In this document: positions 54,445 to 59,425 of the stretch, one piece after another
Numbering within the stretch: the first letter of the stretch is position 1
How the letters are laid out: each line of letters begins with the position of its first letter
Origin: Gammaproteobacteria bacterium
GTDB lineage: Bacteria; Pseudomonadota; Gammaproteobacteria; Pseudomonadales; Litorivicinaceae
Assembly (NCBI GenBank): GCA_002730235.1
Contig: PBZS01000040.1
Location: forward strand, 11,385 to 70,809
Length of the DNA stretch: 59,425 nt
Direction: 5' to 3'
The notes under the pieces: model-generated
The model's database searches: none
What the model saw: only the letters and a program-made list of their open reading frames with translations
Told to the model about the DNA's origin: nothing
Position numbers and translations under genes: made by a program

Positions 54445-54635
54445 GCCGTAACCTCCTTCTGTGAAATCACAGTCTTGATTCGTGCGATGTTACGACGGAC
54501 CTGCCCCAACAAGTGTATCTGTGCAAGCTGGCCTGTGGCTTTCGCCATGTTCAAGTTGAACTGTTCACGACGTAGCGTCAGCAATTCTTCCTTCAGGTCA
54601 GCAACACTTTTTTCGCGTAATTCTGATGCTTTCAT
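54441..54635 (-). CDS. rpmC: 50S ribosomal protein L29
   Basis: [22 protein letters not shown]. Confidence 0.98.
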   Translation of the reverse strand: MKASELREKSVADLKEELLTLRREQFNLNMAKATGQLAQIHLLGQVRRNIARIKTVISQKEVTA

Positions 54636-55048
54636 TACATTACTGTCCGACTAACAAATGTGGTTTTGAAAGGAAGTTTCGCGGCTGCAAGCGTAAATGC
54701 TTCGCGCGCAATTTCCTCAGATACACCCTCTATCTCATATAACACACGGCCTGGCTGAATTTGACATACCCAATATTCAACAGAACCCTTACCTTTCCCC
54801 TGACGCACTTCCAGTGGTTTCTGGGTAATTGGCTTATCAGGAAATACTCGAATCCATAACTTACCGCCACGTTTAACACGACGGGTGATCGTTCGACGGG
54901 CTGCCTCAATTTGACGCGCTGTCATACGACCACGACCAGTAGCTTTTAAGGCAAACTCGCCAAAACTTACTTTGGAGCCACGTTCCGCAAGACCACGGTT
55001 ACGGCCTTTTTGCATTTTTCGAAATTTCGTCCGTTTCGGTTGCAACAT
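54635..55048 (-). CDS. rplP: 50S ribosomal protein L16
   Basis: [25 protein letters not shown]. Confidence 0.99.
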   Translation of the reverse strand: MLQPKRTKFRKMQKGRNRGLAERGSKVSFGEFALKATGRGRMTARQIEAARRTITRRVKRGGKLWIRVFPDKPITQKPLEVRQGKGKGSVEYWVCQIQPGRVLYEIEGVSEEIAREAFTLAAAKLPFKTTFVSRTVM

Positions 55049-55060
55049 GATCTTCTTCCC

Positions 55061-55744
55061 TTAGCGAGTCGCTTTGGTACGGGCCTGTTCGCGGCCAGCA
55101 CGCACTGCTTCAATACCACCGAGGATCTCGCCCTTGAAGATCCAAACCTTAATACCGATAACTCCATACGTGGTATGTGCCTCGTAGGTTGAGTAGTCAA
55201 TATCTGCCCGCAATGTGTGCAGTGGAACACGTCCCTCTCGATACCACTCAGTCCGTGCTATTTCAGCACCACCCAAACGGCCTGACACCTGAACTCTTAT
55301 CCCCTCAGCTCCAGCTCGCATAGCGTTTTGAACCGCACGCTTCATTGCGCGACGGAACATTACACGACGCTCCAATTGACCAGCGATATTTTGAGCGACC
55401 AAGCGTGCATCTAATTCTGGCTTTCTAATCTCTTCTATATTGACTTGGACCGGGATTCCCATCATCTGTGTCAGTTCTTTACGAAGTGACTCTACATCCT
55501 CCCCCTTCTTTCCAATCACAATTCCTGGGCGAGCTGTTTGAAGTGTCACGCGCGCATTCTGCGCTGGTCGCTCGATTAAAATTTTAGAAATCTGAGCATT
55601 TTTCAGCTTCTTTTCAAGAAACTCTCGCACCTTAATGTCATCAAATAACTTATCTGCATAGTCGCCGCGCTCCGCATACCAAACCGACGAATGATCTTTA
55701 GTAATCCCGAGGCGAATGCCCGTCGGGTGAACTTTCTGACCCAT
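55061..55744 (-). CDS. rpsC: 30S ribosomal protein S3
   Basis: [34 protein letters not shown]. Confidence 0.99.
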   Translation of the reverse strand: MGQKVHPTGIRLGITKDHSSVWYAERGDYADKLFDDIKVREFLEKKLKNAQISKILIERPAQNARVTLQTARPGIVIGKKGEDVESLRKELTQMMGIPVQVNIEEIRKPELDARLVAQNIAGQLERRVMFRRAMKRAVQNAMRAGAEGIRVQVSGRLGGAEIARTEWYREGRVPLHTLRADIDYSTYEAHTTYGVIGIKVWIFKGEILGGIEAVRAGREQARTKATR

Positions 55745-55755
55745 AGTACTCCTCC

Positions 55756-56091
55756 TCAGGCCTCTCCGACCTTGACGGTGATATGACAGCTCCGCTTAAA
55801 AATTCGGTCTGCACGGCCTTTCGCACGTGGGCGAACCCGTTTCATCGTCATCCCTTCATCGACAAATACTGTTGTCACCTTCAAATCATCAACATCAGCA
55901 CCTTCATTGTGCTCCGCATTCGCAATTGCACTTTCAAGAATTTTCTTAATCGTATGTGCTGCTTTTTTCGTCGAGAAACTCAACGTATTAAGAGCCTCCT
56001 CAACGTGTTTTCCACGGATTTGGTCTGCTACCAAACGCGCCTTTTGAGCAGAAAGTCGAGCACCTTTCAAACGAGCTTGCACTTCATTCAT
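55756..56091 (-). CDS. rplV: 50S ribosomal protein L22
   Basis: [30 protein letters not shown]. Confidence 0.99.
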   Translation of the reverse strand: MNEVQARLKGARLSAQKARLVADQIRGKHVEEALNTLSFSTKKAAHTIKKILESAIANAEHNEGADVDDLKVTTVFVDEGMTMKRVRPRAKGRADRIFKRSCHITVKVGEA

Positions 56092-56106
56092 AGCTACACC
56101 TAACCC

Positions 56107-56382
56107 TTACCGCCTCGACTTTTTGTCGGCGACATGACCCCGGTAGTTACGCGTCACCGCGAACTCACCCAATTTATGACCAACCATGTCCTCGTTGATA
56201 AAAACCGGAACATGTTGCTTCCCGTTATGAACAGCTATTGTTAACCCCACCATATTTGGAAGAATCATCGAACGACGCGACCAGGTCTTTATCGGACGAC
56301 GATCATTTGCCTCAGCAGCCGCTTCAACCTTCTTCAGAAGATGGAGATCAACGAATGGGCCTTTTTTTAATGAACGTGGCAT
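56107..56382 (-). CDS. rpsS: 30S ribosomal protein S19
   Basis: [26 protein letters not shown]. Confidence 0.99.
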   Translation of the reverse strand: MPRSLKKGPFVDLHLLKKVEAAAEANDRRPIKTWSRRSMILPNMVGLTIAVHNGKQHVPVFINEDMVGHKLGEFAVTRNYRGHVADKKSRR

Positions 56383-56394
56383 CTATCCCTCTCC

Positions 56395-57219
56395 TTACTT
56401 ACCTCGACGACGTACAATCATCTTGTCAGTACGCTTATTCTTGCGAGTCTTATAACCCTTAGTTGGCATACCCCATGGAGAAACCGGATGACGGCCTCCC
56501 GAGGTGCGACCTTCACCACCCCCATGAGGATGATCAACTGGATTCATCACTACCCCACGAACAGTCGGACGTACGCCCCTCCAACGCGCTGCCCCGGCTT
56601 TACCGAGTTGACGCAGGCTATGCTCTCCATTTGAGACCTCTCCAAGGGTCGCGCGACATTCTGCAAGTACTTTACGCATCTCTCCCGAACGTAGACGCAA
56701 AGTTGCGTGGCGCCCTTCACGAGCAACCAACTGCACCGAGGAACCAGCTGATCGAGCAATCTGTGCACCCTTACCCGGCCTCAATTCAACGCAGTGAATA
56801 ACTGAACCAACTGGGATGTTTCGAAGGGGAAGACAACTACCAATCTTAATTGGTGAATCCTCGCCAGACCGAACCGCTTCACCAGTCTGCATCCCTTTTG
56901 GTGCAATGATGTAACGACGTTCACCGTCTGCGTATAGTACAAGTGCTATATGCGCTGAACGGTTTGGATCGTACTCCAAGCGCTCGACTTTGCCTGGGAT
57001 TCCATCTTTATTTCGCTTGAAATCGATGATCCGATAATGCTGCTTGTGGCCCCCGCCAATGTGGCGTGTAGTAATACGGCCTGCATGGTTACGACCACCT
57101 GATTTTGATTTTTTTTCCAGCAAGGGCGCGTATGGAGCTCCTTTATGGAGTCCCGGAGTTACAACCTTCACCATGTGACGACGGCCGGCCGACGTTGGTT
57201 TACATTTTATGATTGCCAT
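56395..57219 (-). CDS. rplB: 50S ribosomal protein L2
   Basis: [26 protein letters not shown]. Confidence 0.99.
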   Translation of the reverse strand: MAIIKCKPTSAGRRHMVKVVTPGLHKGAPYAPLLEKKSKSGGRNHAGRITTRHIGGGHKQHYRIIDFKRNKDGIPGKVERLEYDPNRSAHIALVLYADGERRYIIAPKGMQTGEAVRSGEDSPIKIGSCLPLRNIPVGSVIHCVELRPGKGAQIARSAGSSVQLVAREGRHATLRLRSGEMRKVLAECRATLGEVSNGEHSLRQLGKAGAARWRGVRPTVRGVVMNPVDHPHGGGEGRTSGGRHPVSPWGMPTKGYKTRKNKRTDKMIVRRRGK

Positions 57220-57229
57220 CAATTTCGCC

Positions 57230-57526
57230 TCATTCGCTGGCTACAAAGGAAATTTCTTGGCCTTCAGCCAGTGTCACGTAAGCCTTACGCGTATCACTAC
57301 GCCTACCCATACCACGAGCCGTCCGCTTGGTCTTTCCTTTGAGGTTTACTACATTAACCTTCGTAACAGAGACTTCGAACAAGGCTTCTACGGCCGCTTT
57401 GATCTCTGGCTTTGTCGCATCAGAGGCTACTTTGAATACATACTGATTGTCACGATCGGCAACGACAGTAGCTTTTTCGGACACGTGAGGTCCCCTCAGA
57501 ACAGTAAAAATACGTTCCTGATTCAT
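57230..57526 (-). CDS. rplW: 50S ribosomal protein L23
   Basis: [24 protein letters not shown]. Confidence 0.98.
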   Translation of the reverse strand: MNQERIFTVLRGPHVSEKATVVADRDNQYVFKVASDATKPEIKAAVEALFEVSVTKVNVVNLKGKTKRTARGMGRRSDTRKAYVTLAEGQEISFVASE

Positions 57527-58125
57527 GCCAACTGCTCCTCAATCGCCTTAAGTGCGTCAACAGTTACCAACACTTTCTCGAAAGAAATGAGGCTCAATGG
57601 ATCAATAGCGTCCGTGTCACGAACATCAACGTGCGGGAGATTACGGGCTGACAGAAACAATGCATCTGATACCTCGCCGGCAACAATAAGCACGTTTGAT
57701 AACTCCATAGCAGTCAACTTTTCGGCGAGTGCTTTAGTTTTCGGTGCATCGATGCCGAGATCATTTATAACCACCAGACGATCCTGACGGACCAATTCGC
57801 TCCAGATACTCTGCATCGCAGCGCGATACATCTTCTTGTTGACTTTCTGCGAGAAGTCTTGAGTCTTTGACGCGAATGTTACGCCTCCAGAACGCCAGAT
57901 CGGAGAACGCGTAGTCCCCGCTCTCGCACGACCTGTCCCCTTTTGACGCCAAGGCTTTCGGCCGCCCCCTGCGACTTCTGAACGCGTTTTTTGGGCGCGC
58001 GTACCTTGACGCGCACCGGCGAGATATGCCGTTACCACTTGATGGATCAATGCCTCGTTGAATTCACGACCAAATGCTTGGTCAGAGACTTCGACCGTTC
58101 CACCCGCTACTAGATTCAATTCCAT
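57523..58125 (-). CDS. rplD: 50S ribosomal protein L4
   Basis: [27 protein letters not shown]. Confidence 0.99.
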   Translation of the reverse strand: MELNLVAGGTVEVSDQAFGREFNEALIHQVVTAYLAGARQGTRAQKTRSEVAGGGRKPWRQKGTGRARAGTTRSPIWRSGGVTFASKTQDFSQKVNKKMYRAAMQSIWSELVRQDRLVVINDLGIDAPKTKALAEKLTAMELSNVLIVAGEVSDALFLSARNLPHVDVRDTDAIDPLSLISFEKVLVTVDALKAIEEQLA

Positions 58126-58136
58126 ATTCGACTCCC

Positions 58137-58772
58137 TCAGGCCTTCGCCGCAGGCTTGATGATTACGTCCGTTCCGTTTGCACCAGGAACAGAACCCTTC
58201 ACCAGGATCAAGCCTTTTTCTTCGTCGATACGGACAATCACCAATCCTTGGACGGTAACCCGCTCTGCACCCATGTGGCCCGCCATCTTCTTCCCTTTAA
58301 AGACCCGTCCTGGTGTTTGGCAATTACCGATAGAACCTGGGGCGCGGTGAGATAGTGAATTGCCATGGGTCGCGTCCTGCATCCGGAAGTTCCAACGCTT
58401 TACAGCGCCAGCAAATCCTTTACCTTTCGACTGACCCGTTACATCAACGATTTGTCCGGATTCGAACCGATCAACAGAAATCTCGGTACCTACCACCAAC
58501 TCGCCTAGATCCTCAACGCGGAACTCCCAGAGACCACGCCCCATCCGCATTTCTGATTTCGCTAAATGGCCTTTAATCGGTTGCGAAACACGATGTTGTG
58601 CTCGACGCTCACCCACAGTTACCTGAATAGCTTGATAGCCATCTATTGCAACGGTTTTTACTTGACTTACCCGATTTGGTTCAACGTGGACGACCGTTAC
58701 AGGAACTGACACGCCATCCTCAGTGAACACTCGGGTCATACCGGTCTTGCGACCGACGACTCCAATTGTCAT
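58137..58772 (-). CDS. rplC: 50S ribosomal protein L3
   Basis: [38 protein letters not shown]; start moved to ATG 58772 (GAGGA RBS). Confidence 0.99.
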   Translation of the reverse strand: MTIGVVGRKTGMTRVFTEDGVSVPVTVVHVEPNRVSQVKTVAIDGYQAIQVTVGERRAQHRVSQPIKGHLAKSEMRMGRGLWEFRVEDLGELVVGTEISVDRFESGQIVDVTGQSKGKGFAGAVKRWNFRMQDATHGNSLSHRAPGSIGNCQTPGRVFKGKKMAGHMGAERVTVQGLVIVRIDEEKGLILVKGSVPGANGTDVIIKPAAKA

Positions 58773-58890
58773 CTCGACTTCCTCTCTGCCTGCACAGGGG
58801 GCTAAACCCGCTATGGCCACAGTAAGTTATACAAACAGACCGCTTTGTCACCGGGGGGCGCGGATTTAGTAACCCCCCTGCCGTTTTAAA
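58773..58890 (-). promoter_or_regulatory. Structured rpsJ-rplC intercistronic RNA element (putative)
   Basis: G6/C6 hairpin (58853-58878) and a 12-bp stem UCUGUUUGUAUA/UGUGCAGGCAGA abutting the rplC RBS. Confidence 0.45.
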
Positions 58891-59208
58891 TCAACCTAGA
58901 CTGATTTGTACATCGACGCCCGCAGCAAGATCGAGCTTCATTAATGCGTCAACAGTTTTGTCGGTTGGCTCGACGATATCGATCATGCGCTTGTGAGTAC
59001 GTAATTCATACTGATCCCGTGCATCCTTGTTTACGTGAGGTGAAACAAGCACGGTATAGCGTTCGATCCGGGTCGGTAATGGAATCGGACCACGCACCTG
59101 CGCGCCGGTGCGCTTCGCAGTTTCAACGATGTCCTGAGTCGATACGTCAATCAGACGATGATCAAAAGCCTTCAGCCGAATACGAATTTTTTGATTTTGT
59201 ACTGCCAC
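58891..59208 (-). CDS. rpsJ: 30S ribosomal protein S10
   Basis: [31 protein letters not shown]. Confidence 0.99.
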   Translation of the reverse strand: MAVQNQKIRIRLKAFDHRLIDVSTQDIVETAKRTGAQVRGPIPLPTRIERYTVLVSPHVNKDARDQYELRTHKRMIDIVEPTDKTVDALMKLDLAAGVDVQISLG

Positions 59209-59265
59209 TCGGCTGCTCCAATCGAAATTGTCCGTTAGTTACAGACAATAAAAACAAGGTGGCGG

Positions 59266-59294
59266 ATTGTATGCGCCTAATAGTGGGGAGTCAA
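59266..59294 (-). promoter_or_regulatory. Sigma70 promoter of S10 operon
   Basis: Minus strand TTGACT-17 bp-TACAAT followed by GC-rich discriminator CCGCC. Confidence 0.8.
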
Positions 59295-59306
59295 CCACTA
59301 CCGAGG

Positions 59307-59340
59307 AAATAAAAAGCCCCAAGCAAGCGGGGCTTTTTTT
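59307..59340 (-). terminator. Rho-independent (bidirectional-type) terminator after tuf
   Basis: Minus strand AAAAAAAGCCCC-GCTTGCTT-GGGGCTTTTTATTT. Confidence 0.88.
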
Positions 59341-59359
59341 ATGTCGACCTAGCGAAAAA

Positions 59360-59425
59360 TTAGTCGAGGATTTTGGAGACTACGCCGGCGCCAACAGTAC
59401 GACCGCCTTCACGAATCGCAAAACG
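59360..59425 (-). CDS. tuf: Elongation factor Tu, C-terminal 21 aa (partial)
   Basis: Manual translation RFAIREGGRTVGAGVVSKILD*. Confidence 0.97.
   Translation of the reverse strand, partial: RFAIREGGRTVGAGVVSKILD

Noticed and set aside
58773-58820. N-terminal extension of L3 (and similar ORF-track extensions of L6, FabB, TrmD, PhaR, phasin)
   Set aside because: Downstream ATGs match family N-termini and mostly have a proper RBS or stop-start overlap
45718-59312. Numerous short overlapping ORFs across the ribosomal cluster
   Set aside because: Off-frame or antisense shadows of conserved r-protein genes
1-59425. CRISPR arrays, tRNA/rRNA genes, IS elements, toxin-antitoxin or defence systems
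   Set aside because: No periodic repeats, cloverleafs, transposase or defence motifs seen by eye; tRNAscan, Infernal and CRISPR finders would be needed to exclude them formally

Overview
Gene-dense chromosomal segment of a gammaproteobacterium. Gene order (rpsP-rimM-trmD-rplS, xerD-dsbC-alaC-hom-thrC-recJ, ffh/ccsA-corB, ssb/uvrA, fabA-fabB) resembles Oceanospirillales/Pseudomonadales; this lineage call is inference. The right quarter (45.7-59.4 kb) is the complete S10-spc-alpha ribosomal protein cluster plus the 3' end of tuf, including a 37-aa rpmJ missed by the ORF track. The rest is housekeeping genes mixed with accessory units: a polar amino-acid ABC system lacking its ATPase, a yeast-Hpt1-like phosphoribosyltransferase, maeB, a LysR facing a decayed DoxX pseudogene, an eroded IclR embedded in an operon, a csrA-RND efflux unit, and a PHA locus (divergent phaC, phaR, phasin with palindromic operators) next to acuI. 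I saw no rRNA, tRNA, CRISPR array, IS element or prophage, and no unmistakable new multi-gene system. The best leads are a small Arg/Lys-rich ORF resembling ribosomal protein bS22/mS38, the unusual PHA synthase locus, the Hpt1-type PRTase, the csrA-RND unit and a structured rpsJ-rplC spacer. All homology calls come from motif recognition by eye, not database searches.
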